A stretch of DNA of 64,000 bases from assembly GCA_051942205.1 (NCBI GenBank), contig JAVECO010000096.1, positions 1-64,000 on the forward strand. The letters are read 5' to 3'. The stretch comes from Coniocarpon cinnabarinum (Eukaryota). A program made the translations under genes and the position numbers. Every line of letters begins with the position of its first letter. Position 1 is the stretch's first letter. Shown one piece after another: positions 23,018 through 37,420 of this stretch. A model generated the notes under the pieces. That model was given only the letters and a program-made list of their open reading frames with translations, was not told the DNA's origin and ran no database searches.

Positions 23018-25288
23018 TGGCGACGATGTCTGCCAGTGTTCGTGTGGCCGACAAAGGCAGACACGAACCAGGCCCATTGTCTAGTCAGCGTCAGCATTTA
23101 GAGTCGCGCCGCGGCCTTCATAACACTTTGTGCATCAGTCAACGTCACCCGCACCACACGCATCCCCCCCTCGAGCAAGCCCGGCCGCTCTCACCGGCGG
23201 GGCACGACGACGACGACGACCTGTTCGACCAGTTCATCGACTCGGACCCGGTCGACGTGAGCAACACGAGCAGCAGCGAGCACACCGGCGAGCAGGGGGA
23301 GTGGAGTCTGTTCTGTGATGAGGACTACGACAGGATGGGTAAGTCTGACCACGTTTTCCCTCCCGCCGATCTCCGACGCTTTCGTGTTGGAGCGTTTGGC
23401 CCCCAGCGAGCGGCGCCGATGCGCTCGAGTCAATTGCAGACCTACGCTCGAGCCAGCGTGCGTGCTGCTGGCGGATGTGTTGCGTGTTCGCGCAGGCCTC
23501 CGAAGAGCGTCGCGATGGGCGGGGGGCGTCCTCTGGCCCTCTCGAGCTGGTCCTCTGGTCCTCTGGCCCTCTGCCCTCTGCACACTCACGCCCTAGCTCT
23601 CGGCCGGACCCAGCAGCAGGCGCACACCCTGCTCCGCGCGCGAGGGCGGCGTGCGCTTGGTGTCCTCGCTCCCCTTGCCATTCGCGATCCACCGCCGACC
23701 GCCTCCCACGCCTCCCACACGCCTCCCTCCTCCCCCTTCCCTCTCGCACACCCTCGCGCCGAGACCACCCCCATCTCTATGGTGATGCCTCGCTGATTTC
23801 TGTGCCCCCCGCGGCACCATCACAGACCCTCCGTCGACTGCTGCTCCTGCTCCTGCCCAGCCACGAAGCGGTGTCCAGGTGGCCCCGAAGTTGCAGGATC
23901 CATCCGCGTCGCTCCAGGGAGCATCAGATTCCCCACCTGCGCTCTGCATCAGCGCCGATGCGGCCAACCCTCAAAACCTACACGCTTCCTCATCTACTGC
24001 GCCCGATGCCTTCCCTCTTAGTCCCTGCTCTCGCCCTTCGCCGTCCGCTCTCAGGCACCCTTCAAAACATCGCTCAAACCTTCACCTTCGCACCGCCAGC
24101 GATTCCTCCACGCTCTCCGTTGACAGTGCCACCCTAGACGCTGGCGGTCCCGTCGACGCGACTGCGTTGCCATTCGACCTCGACCACGACTTGTATGTCT
24201 CATCGCCAATCATGGCACAGCCAATGCTCTCCCGCCATCCGACCCACGACGCTTGGGCAAATCGTTTGGAACAGCGGGCGGAACACTACACGTACCAAAC
24301 TTCTGCTCACGCGACACCTTTGACGCCCCCTCCCCAGCATTTGAAGCAGTCTCCCACCATGCGTGTCAACGGCTCCTCGGCTCCATACCACCAAGGTGTC
24401 TCCAACCCAGGCAACTATGCTCTGGGCCAGTCTCCCCCGTCTCAGGCCCAGTTTGCCCCCTACCAGCGCTCGAGCCCAACCCCAGTCACACCGAGTTTCA
24501 ATGATTTTTCCATGGACTCGGTCATTGCCAGTCCTCAAGGCGAGCACCAGCAGTCATGGGTGGAGACATCAACCTCGCCTTTCGATCTCCCACTCGATGC
24601 TTCACACCAACACAGTCATCCTTCTCAGCATTCCATGTCGTCTTATGAAGACGGTAAAGTACAATCATGGTGGCCACCAGCCAGCAGTGGTGCTGCATCG
24701 TCCGGACCTCCGTATAGCTCTCGCTCCCATCGACAAACTTCAGCGCCTGCCATTCCCCAGTCGCAAGCGCAATATGGGGGCTACTATCCCAACACGACAT
24801 CTTCTGGCCTCATGTTGGGTTGCCAACCCGGCGCCACAGAAATGGGTCCACCATCAATACCGTACGCGTCTAGTGCCCCCGTGAGCCATTCCTACCCCCG
24901 TCAACCGTCTATGCCTCAATTACAATCCAGTCGTCGACCTTCAGTTCAAATGCCCAGCAGTGGCACATCCTCCGGCGCAAGCTCACGGCGAACATCGAAG
25001 AGCCAGCAATCACGAGTACATGGGCGCAGCAAATCCAGTGCCTCACCACCGCGTCAAACTATGCGAGAGGCCCCGCCGTCTGGCAATGTTGGGTTCGTCA
25101 ATTTCACACCCAACGACAGCAAACGAATCCTGACGGGAGTGGCTCCTTCAGGATCTAGCAAGACCAAGGCGCGACGAGAGAAAGAGGCACGGGAACGGCG
25201 GAAACAGTTGAGCGAGGCGGCTCAGAGAGCAGTGATGGAAGCAGGAGGAGATCCGGCAGCACTGGAGCGCAGTGGATTGTTTCAATGA
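23018..25288 (+). CDS. wetA: Developmental regulator WetA; exons 23018-23338 and 23826-25288
   Basis: C-terminal ESC1/WetA domain VGFVNFTPNDSKRILTGVAPSGSSKTKARREKEA...AGGD and an acidic DDLFDQF N-terminal segment. A phase-1 GTAAGT..CTGAT..CAG intron of 487 nt restores the frame. Confidence 0.88.
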
Positions 25289-28200
25289 CCAAGCGAGCAT
25301 GTTTCGGATGGCGTCAGAGACTTTTTTTTTGGGCTTGGGTATTCTGTGATTATTGGCGACATGCGGGCGGACGGAGGCGAGCATGACGGAGCATAGCCAG
25401 CTCATGCATGATGACATGAGACGATACAGGTAGCGCATCGATGGGCAAATGCACCGGGGCGCTCGCCGGCCGGCATTATTGAGAGGGCATCACAGGCAGC
25501 AGTGTATCATTACTTAGTTGAGGGCAGGAAGTGGGGTGGCAGGTAGGATCTGCCTCCCGGGAAGGATTGACGTTCCACGCATTCCTATTTCTGGCTACTC
25601 GATACCCTTGGTCACTGCGTTAGAGAGCATACCTATGCCACTGCGACAGGGAACATTTTGTCATACACCCCATGCTCCCCAAATACCTTGGTATCACGGT
25701 AGATGTCTGCCGAGCCTCTCTTCAGCGCCTCGGTGACGTGGGACATGGTTCTTGCAGGCGTGGGAAGTGTCAAGGGGGAGCTGGGAGGAGCGTAGCGGGC
25801 ACGGAGGAGGCGGACTGAGCGACGGAGTCAACGGAGGAATGAGAGGCTGTGTCCGAGGCTCCGAGCTCACGCTAGTCCGTGCGGGGGCTGGTCTGTGAGG
25901 GACTTGGCACTGCCGTCACTCGTCACTCCAGGTCGCGAAACTCGTGGTGGTTGTGAGGAGATGAGATGCAATGCGATGCGATGCGATGCGTCCCTCCCTC
26001 CTTGCCTCAGTCCCTCTCCCATCCCAGCCACACACCCCATACGCGCACCAACTGGCACGTCGCCAATGCCAATGCGAGCCCCGTCTGCACAGCGGAGCAA
26101 AAGGCGCGCTGCCCCTTTGAGGAACCCGTCGAGCGTGTTCTGTCACACCGCCTTTTGGCCCCTCCCACGTTTTCCAACCCCGTTTCAATGCAGGCCGCCT
26201 CCTCTTTCGTCTCTGTTGGCCGTGACCACACAGCCCACATGAGCCCATAGCGCTCCACGGCACCGGCGCCCTTTCGCATTGATACGCTCCATTCCCGGAG
26301 TCCCTGCCCACGCGCGCGTCCAGCGGGAGTTGCCACGGCCGTCCCAGATCTCGCCAACCAGGCGGATGGGAGAGACGAAAGGTTAAGTCTTCACCCCCTC
26401 GCGACCTCGGTGCGCCGACAGAGCCCAATGACGATCCTGACCGCAGTCTCGAAGAAGGAAATGGTCTCTGCTCGTGAATCAGGCGAAGGCGCCTCCGCCT
26501 CGCTGCGATGCCCGGCGAGTCCGCGAGCCATGCACGCAATGGGTTGAAATGCAGGCGCGAGTGATCCGACAGAACTAGGCCAAAACTGTACAGGCTTTGC
26601 GTGACTAACGCCATCTCCCCTGCCAACATGCACGCACTCGTCAACCGCCCTTTCCTGGGATCACGAAGGAGTCCCGGTCCAAGTCTGGTCTCGTGTGTTG
26701 ATGGACTCCGAGCCATCACTTTCCAGAAATACACGTATGCACCTTTGGGCGCTGTTCGCGGAAGAGCTTTGTCTTAAGGTAACGTGGCTCGATCGACTTA
26801 ACACCCTAGCCGCACGCGCACGCACCGGGCATCACACATTCGAGGACACCACACACCCAAATTTGTAGCGGGCGAACCGTCGGCGAGTGCCGCCAGCCAG
26901 CCACTCGAGCTGCAGGATTCTGTTATTGCCACGTGCGTTCCATGCACCTTGATGTTTCTGGACCGGTAGATTCTCCTAAACGATCTTACGCGGTCTTGGG
27001 TCACTTTCCTTCATCTTGTGATCATCTGGCGATCCTGGCGGTTCAAGCATGCAAGCGGTCGCCCACACGAGCAAGCATGATTGAGCTGACGAGTATAACA
27101 TGTGTGCATAATCCGTCGATCTCGTAAGCAGGGATTGGTGTCGCAAGATGCGATTACTAACCGCGATGAAGTCAGACCCACACGAGCAAAAGAGCACGCC
27201 ATTCGAGCTTCGCTGTGTGGCTCGGTTCCGCTGTCGACCATGGTCGGGGTCGCGAATGGCCCTGTGTGTGTCGACATGAGGCCTTCAACGGCACTGCGAT
27301 TAGCGACGACGCACGGGCACGGCGGATGACTGATGACCTGGAAGAACGCTAGTGGCCGTGCGGGGGCGAAATCACACCGCACTCGATTGTTTCGACGGAA
27401 GCGAATCACCTGCACCTGGTGGTCCTCTGCGATACTGCTCCGCGGCACTCCGCATGCGTGCATGCACCCACGCGTCCTCCCGACCACGCTGCCCCCCTCT
27501 TTCCTCGGCAGTCGACCCTTGTCTCGGCAGCTTTGCTTCGAAAAGGTACGGTCTGACTCTTTGACTGAGGCTTGCCCAGGGCGTGCGTCTTACTCACGCA
27601 CCGTGGCTGTTTGCAGATTTCGTACTCCCGGCTGCAGCGGCGCGCATGAAGTCAAGGACGTTGACACCTGTGCAATAGAAGACGCCAGTCGCACCAGCAA
27701 GTTGACTTTGGGCCACTTGGAAGTATTGCTTTGAGCTTTTTCCCGGAATTTTTTGCGCCGCGTGCAGGCGTGATGACGTTGCTATAGGAGATGTCATAGC
27801 AACTTGTCCTTACTCGAGCATCGCCTTTGCACGGAAGGCCCTTGTTCATGTCTGCACGCAGGCAACGCTCGGCTCGAGACGGTCGCAATTTGAGACCGTA
27901 CTCAGACAGTTGAAGGGCATGCAGCAGCATATCTGTCTGATGCCTGATTCGTCACAAAAATCACCGAGGGGCCAGATATACTAAAGCAACCTCCTGGCCC
28001 CTGTAGCCCGCGAGCTCGAATTCCGGCCAGCGACATTCACCCGAATTGGAATGCCTGCCCACAATCCCACCATTTAAACAGACCAGGCTGTCATCTATGT
28101 AAGATCTTGATCCGTGTAGTATCGCTTCACTCTACCGGTGCACAGAATCTATGGCGGGCTGGCCCCTTGTCGATGGGGCGACGATGCAGGCAGAGGTGTT

Positions 28201-30206
28201 GCAGATACCCAGCGAGCGTGTCCTTATGGCGTCTGTCGTCGGCCGAGTAAACAGGTCATGCCACGATTGGGACTACACCAACAATCGGAGCACTGAATCA
28301 CCCAAGCAAGCTGACATCCTTCAGTCCGCGCCTTTAGTTGGCCGTTTCAACTTGATAAACGCTGAGGGGCCAGGCCACCGAACAGCGTGATTGCACAGCG
28401 TGCGTCCAAGGCTGAATCGACTTGTGGTATGCTTAAATCTCGATGACAGGATGCCATGGGGAAGCCGGCGGCTGGAGTGCAGCCGCCGGTGGTATGTATC
28501 AGTAATTCTGGTGCCTTGTACATGGCTTGCGTATGCTCTCATATGCAAGCCTGACTTGCACCATGCACCACCAAGCTCTGAGATTCCTCGTTGAAAAGAA
28601 TTGTTGCAGTGAGTCGTCTTCCACGACGCAGTTGGGGTCAACCAAGCCGCGGAAGAAGTGCTTCTTCCAGAAAAAGCATGTTACATTGGCCAGGGAAGAA
28701 ACGGGAAGACCCACTGAGACATTTGCGAACCCTTGTGCTCGTACGGAGAACGCGCTATCGGATAAGGTAGGGTTTCAGGACATGCGCAGGGGGTTTGTTC
28801 GACGACCTCCAGGTCACGGAAGCTCCGCCAACCCTTCTCAGTATCTATTCGCGATCAATCAATACTTTATGACCAGCGTTGCAAGTCGCTGCTGCAGCTC
28901 GGTAGTGTTGTGAACTCGCACGGCCCATCAATGTGGGTCAAAAGAAAAACTAATCTCAACCTCACAATAACTCGACTTTGCAGACGGAGGTTATCTCCTC
29001 GCTGGTAGCTCCAGCCAATCACTTCAGTAAGACCGCGTTTCAGGACTTGAGACAGTTGCAAATGCTGGAACAATCTGCATGCATCCACGGCACATTCAGT
29101 ATTTGTCCCGGCTTGCCTTCGACACACATCGTGCTCGAAACCAGTGAGAAAAGAGTCATACTCCCTGGTTTACTTTATTCATTGTTTTCAAGAATCCCTT
29201 TCTCATTGTTTGAGCGATAAATTGGTGTCATCATTTGCAAGTAATTTGAGCAGTATCCGGGCTAACTTCTAATTCAGTCTATAAGGACCGATTGGCCAAG
29301 AGTGAAGAGCATGAATAATACCGTTTGTGCACTGGCGCGCTTCTTGACAAAAAGAAAAACGAAAAAACACGTGTAGTCCCGGTGTTTGTTGAGTGAGACG
29401 CCTGCGACGAATCGGTCAAAACACGATCTTCCATCTCTACCATCGACACAATGAAAAAGCAACCAGGATGGCCAGCTACCTCCTCAAAAATGTTGCTCGC
29501 AAGAACCTCGAGGGTTGTATTGACGTTGCCATCCTGCCCGGCAGATCTGATGCGAAGAAGAGCAGACAATAGCGTCATCTATATATTCACTTTCAAAACT
29601 TCATTGCTTTGCGCGCTGATTAGACTGGGCCTGACTCGAAATTGCATTCACGTTCAACTTCTTCGCTTTGACATTCTAAAACTCGCCAGAAACATCCCCT
29701 AGAGTCAGCTTCAAAGTTGTTCTCCCGTCAAGTTCGGCGCGCAATCGACGTAAGAGCATGCACTCGACCGCAGTGCCATGTGATGAGTCTTGACAGCGAT
29801 GATCGGCGCACATAACTCAGTGGAGACGTGGAGGACGGGAACAGCGTATGCGTGTCTCTCATGGTCACACAAACAAGCTCAGCTGAGGCTCTGATTTTTT
29901 GGTGACCAGCACAAGCCTGGTGATGTGTGCGCTGGCTTTTCCTTATATCACTCACTCACTCATTGCCTCTTCATCTCTTTATGTCCTCATCGACTGCAGA
30001 TTGTCGCCTTGCTTGTGTTGTCCGGTCCTGAAAACGCAACATACAACTGATGGTTGTTCAATTGATCATATTGGATGAGAAAGCAATGCGAACAATACGC
30101 CAGTTGAATTATCGTCGTCCGCTGCGTAACGAGATTTATCCTTCGTTTCCGGCGGCCCACGGCAAACAGCCACCTGATGCTCGACATTCCTCTATGATAC
30201 CGCTGT

Positions 30207-30211
<5 letters not shown>

Positions 30212-30281
<70 letters not shown>
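30212..30281. repeat. Compound microsatellite (CT)28(CG)7
   Basis: Seen directly. Confidence 0.95.
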
Positions 30282-30387
30282 TGTGCTACGACATTCCCGC
30301 TCCCGTTTCTCGCCATTCTCAATATTTTCCAATGCAATCGAGCGCCGCCCAGTGCCCTCGCAAGCCGAGTTCAACTTGATTCGCATC

Positions 30388-30415
30388 CAAGCAAGCAAGC
30401 AAGCAAGCAAGCAAG
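30388..30415. repeat. (CAAG)7 microsatellite
   Basis: Seen directly. Confidence 0.9.
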
Positions 30416-31555
30416 CGAGACGCGAGAGCGACGAAACCATGTCTCATGTCACACTAATAATTCCCGGCGAGGTGGCTATATGCGCTTCGACTTGGTCATC
30501 CCAAATGCACCCGTCATAGTGGCGGGTTCGTGATGAGCAATAGTGCTCGTAGCTACCGCTCGTAGCTACCGCGACCACCAAAGCGGGTAATTCCCCGGAC
30601 GCGTGAGCTGCGTTGTATAAATGGCTACATTACTGAAGCGATGATGACATCTCCATCACAAAGCCCGAGAGCGAATTGTCGAGTCCGAGAATCAATCAAG
30701 GACGTTACATCACAGGGGATATTATTACTCTATGATAATGTTAACCGACGGCTGAAGTAATAACCACAGATGGCGCAAGATCAGGCTTTGATAGTTGCAC
30801 TTGCAGCAAAGAAGCGACGCAAGAGCAGACATCTACATCATTGAGCGATTGACGTGAGTGTAGCTAGCAGCAAACAGCAAGTATATATCCATACTCGAGG
30901 GGGCGAAGAGGGTAGGTGATCAATCAAGGACTGCGACTCTCGATGGTATTCGCTGCAATGACGATGCAGCACTGAGCCTAGTCCTATACGGAGTCGAGTC
31001 CAGCCATGGAATACAAGACTATTGCTTCCTCTTGACTCATCCTCTACGATGTAGTACGAGCATGCAAATTAAGTGTGATGTAGGAATACAAAGGCAGGTT
31101 GGTCATCGGGGTGGCAAAGTGAGCTCAAGAGACAAGGACTCAGTGGTGATTTCTGGTATGGATTCTGGAGAATGTGTGGCGTTCATAAACATCACCGTTT
31201 AATGCACTCTGAATCATGAGACATTCAACAAAAAAATTGAAGGCAATACCTCGTGGCAGATTGTGGTGAAAGCGAGTGAGATTGGATCTCGCTCGAGTTG
31301 TTCAAGTGTCTAGAATCCAAAGTATTACGCTGACGTAGCACCACATTCAATCATTCCACCAATTCAATCATATTTCTCATCCGGGTCTTCAAAACCGTAG
31401 ATGGGTTCTCCCACTCGGTCACGCCCTCTGAATGGGCACGAGGTTTTCGTCTCCCCTCCTCAGTTTTCCCTCCACGGGGTGATTTTCTCCCTCTTCGCTT
31501 CACTTCACTTCACGGCGCCAATGGTCTGCTTGATCCATGGAAAAACCCTGCGCAC

Positions 31556-33318
<1,763 letters not shown>

Positions 33319-34533
33319 CTTGGCAGAGGACTATGTGGAGGATTGGCTGAACGATCGGAAAACTCGGCGCACGCTCGACCCTCGACAGGCCGATGACAGC
33401 AAGGTTTGAATGAAGAACACCAGAGAGAGCGAGAGGCAGGCGTGCGGCGAATTTAAAAGCGGAATGCTGGGAATGTGCGTCGTCAGTGTGCCTGAAGCAG
33501 GTCAGAGCGGTGGTGGACGAGGGAGCCGATCGAGCGAGTGGGCAGTCGGCGCCAGGGTTTAGAGCGGGCGCTGAGTCGTGGTGAAGGGGAGGGGCTGAAG
33601 TCGCTGAAGTCGCTAAAGTCGAGCTGAAGCGCGATGTGGCCGGCGGGGACGAGTGACGGGCGCGGGCATGCCAAACGAGCGATGGCAGATGGAGCAACGG
33701 CGCTGCGGCAGCTGTCAGCAAGGGTAGTCCAACTGGAGAAACATGATGAACGTGTGGATGCGTGATGTATGTGTGTAGATAAGAGAGGAAGAAGAAAAAG
33801 GCAGAAAGCTAGTGGTGCTGGTGTGGGGAAAAAGAATGGATGTTGGATGTTCACCACCTCACGTTTCGCGGGCGCGCGGGAGGCAAAGGGAGTTCCTGCT
33901 TGCATATCCAGATTCCTCATTCGTCCCACTGGCCCATTGCCCCTCACTGCCAGCACCCTGCACCCTGCACCGCAGCACGTGATCATGGATTCCTCACCGA
34001 CGCCAGCTCTCACCGACTCTCTCGCGCCTCTCGGTACACTACGTGCATTACACCCATCCCTCCATCACGCCACTACCACGACCCACGACCACGATACTAC
34101 ATCTCTCGAGCTTGCCTGTCGCTCGGCTTCGGCCCATCGACGACCTCCCTCAGACGGCTGCGTGTCAGGTGAAACACTGCACCTAATCCCCATGCACTCC
34201 AACCCGTGGCACGTTCTGTGACTTGTGCAGCTTCTTCCCCCATGCTCTTACCACAGTTTGTTACAGTGCCCGTCACGAATAGGACACACTGACGACCGAC
34301 AGCACAGCTTTATGCCTTCTGGCAAGACTTCATTCAACGTGCGAGTAACGACTCTGTTGTACAGCGGCTTGTTGAGGTACCCTGCATCATGTCTACAACA
34401 GCTTCAGCTCTCGCTGCCTGTACGACTGCATATGCTCGTTGAACCGCCTCCATCTGCCTGACCCCTCAGTCCACACTCTCTCGAAGAGCCTTCAAACAAC
34501 CGCTACGTGGGCGACCGACGCATCGCTTCGGCA

Positions 34534-36761
34534 TCAGATGTTGTCCGCCCGACCCAGCAGCCAGGAAAGGTGCCGATAGGTGACGCGAGGCTGGAACTGA
34601 GGCTGCATATGTCTGTTGAATGAATTGCGTCAGCACGGGCGGCTCTTCAACACATCTCACGAGCGTGGTATCACACGACTCACCCGCTTTGGAAGGTCTC
34701 TGCCCACATCAGACCTCTCTCAAAGTGCTGAATACCCATGGTTCCTTGACCGGGGCCATCGAGCCCTCTCTCTCCATTCTCGGCGAACAGCGCCTCGTAC
34801 TGCAGATCCTCAAGTCCAATCTCGATCGGAGTCGCTGGCTGTTCCTGGAATCCCAATTGACCACCCCAGGTCATGTTCTGAATAGCTAGCAATGTTCCAT
34901 TGGTGATAATGATCATATCGTAATCTCCGTTGCTGACCAACACACGTTGGGTCGCGTCGATGACCTGAGGGAGAACATGCTGGATGGGATCCGCCGACAG
35001 ATCTCCCTCACCCTGAGGACCCCCTTCGCCAATAAAGACGGGGCCTTTGCATTCAGCCCATTCCACGTCCATGGGCGCGTGAATCGCAGCCTTGACGTCA
35101 CTGCGGTTGAAGTAAGTCTCGGCGTTGAAGACTGTGCTCGGGTTCTCCACTACGAGTGCGGTTGGGAAGTCCAGAACATCACCCAGGAGTGGACACGCTT
35201 GATTGATCTCGTAAATATCAAAGCATGGATTTGTCTGCGTAACGGCATCATTAATCATGTCAAAAACGTCACAGCTCGCGTTTGGAGACCCATTCGTTAG
35301 CGACGCGTTGAAATATTCTGGTGGTTGGTTTCCAGGGGGTGGGAACGTCAGATAGGTATTGTAGTAGTCAGCAAAGCCACAACTCTCATGCAAGCTTTCG
35401 ATGTGGTCAATGAACGACTGGTTCATATTCAAGACAGCATTGTTGGAGACAGCGTAAGGCACTGCTGGCACTTCCTCCTGGGTGGTGATGAACTCCCTGG
35501 TAATGTTTGGTTAGAGAGTCATGTGAACATCGAGCATGTGTGTCCGTACCCAATGCATGGCTGTAACCGTGTTTGTCAGCAATGAGATTCATTAGATGCG
35601 CGCGAGATTGTACTAACATCGTAAACCAAGGCGCCGGAGAGATTATAGTACTCAGTATCATTCTGATCCAACATCGCAGCACTGATGTATGGCACTGCCG
35701 ATTGTTAAGAGCTGTCCCATGCTGTGGTTAGGTGGCTGCATGAGGATAACTCACCATAACGGCCGGCATCTGCCGTAGACAACGTAAGTCAGCCTATGCT
35801 TTGGGCAGAAAGCGTATCAAGGCACATACAGCTCTCTCCAGTGACATAGATTTTGTAGTTCTTGATCCCAAAGATGTCCTGGAAGTTCTTGAAGAATTTG
35901 ATAAAGTCCTGAGCAGTTTCCTCTTGCGTTGTGGCAGTTACTTCGCCAATGGAAAAGCCAGTGCCAACGGGCTGCTCAACCCACAGCATGTTGGTGAGAT
36001 TTACCCATGAGTAGGGGTTGACCGTTGGCGCATAGGTACCGGGCTCTAAGAGCGTGGTGAGAACTAACGAATATGCGGTATCGCACTTTAAAGCTTACGC
36101 CTAGGAGCTGAACGTCAACACAAAGCTTTCTCAGAATATTTTCTGAGAGAATAGCAAACCCACCAGACGATGAGACCATTCTCCTGGAAAAACCCCTCGA
36201 GACTAGAGCAACCTGGGCCACCGTTCAACCTTGAATATCATGAGCAATGCGAGCAGCTTCCTTTGGGACGGGGCATGATTTACCAGATAGTCACCTCATC
36301 GACGGGCGCACCGACAGTTGGCTGGAACATGAAAAACAGCGAACGAGAAGCATTGCTCGTGTCAATGGGTACCAGGCCACTGGATCGCGACGCAGAACGT
36401 TAGCAAGGGGGTTCATCACCGATCCTCTGCAAGATGTCGTTGCACAAACCCATAGAGCTCGCCAATGTCCATCGAAACGTCAGGAAGTGACTCCACACGA
36501 AAGGCTGTCGTCAAGATCAGACCACGAGCAGCATCATGAGCACAGGATTCTCTGCTTACGTGCGGTGGCATCGCTGTAGAACTGGAAGCCTGCCGTGGAG
36601 TTGTCCTGTCTCTTTTCAAACTGCGTCTTCTGGTTCTTGCTTATGGCATCGGCGTGCCTCCGATGCTGGGCTTCACGGTGGTCTGAGAATTTTCCACCCA
36701 GAGCTGGAGAAAGGAGGCAGCCTGCGACAAAAGCCGTCTGTAACATGTGCTGGAACACCAT
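34534..36761 (-). CDS. Secreted serine carboxypeptidase, family S10 (PepF/CpdS-like), about 10 introns
   Basis: Signal peptide; [25 protein letters not shown]; catalytic [21 protein letters not shown]. Confidence 0.92.
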
Positions 36762-37420
36762 GATGGCACGGAGTTGGATATGTACGAGGATGTCAGTGCC
36801 CTTCGACCTGTCTTCGCAGCTTTACCTGTGCAACGCTCGTGCTGTTTGCAGGTATCTAGCACGAGCTAGAAAGCTTGGCTATGCCGCCTGCTATATGAGT
36901 CGTGCTACCCACAGTATTGTGGAGGTAAAAGAGCCGTCGTCCAGACATCGACATCATCGCCCTATTCAGGCAGGTGAGGAAGGAACATGGAGCCATTGGA
37001 TAGCTGTGGCTTGATCTGCCACTCAGATCGAAGAGATATGCAAGGAGCTAGAGGTCGTTTGGGCTAGTCTTGGCGGGGAAATGTTGTCGACCTGCGATGG
37101 AAGCTGGATGGACCGGCAACTTTTTCGATAAGACCTCTCGCATGAAGCGATGTACCATTCCTGGTTCAGAGAGAGGACCGAGCGTATCACAGTTCGAACA
37201 GAGGAGACACTGGCTCGAGAACGGTTCTGCTGTGCAGCAAATGATGTCAGTGGGCCCAACACGCTACTCGGTGGCTGGAGTAAGTCCTTGATTGAACAGC
37301 AGCAATCTCGTTGTCCAGCACCGGGAGTCAGTCCTAAGCGCTAGTTGTGGCACTGAGGAACGTTCTGGAGACTCGTAGGTGGTTGAATGAGTGCTCAAAG
37401 CAAAAGCGCCATTGCGGAAA

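Noticed and set aside
22942..24137. Multiple long overlapping ORFs around wetA as separate genes
   Set aside because: GC-rich, stop-poor sequence; explained by wetA exon 1, its intron and shadow frames.
29987..30519. ORFs with ER/SL dipeptide repeats
   Set aside because: They are translations of the (CT)n microsatellite.
30530..30755. Possible box C/D snoRNAs (RTGATGA...CTGA pairs)
   Set aside because: No convincing terminal stems and no guide complementary to any rRNA sequence I can recognise; such short boxes occur by chance.
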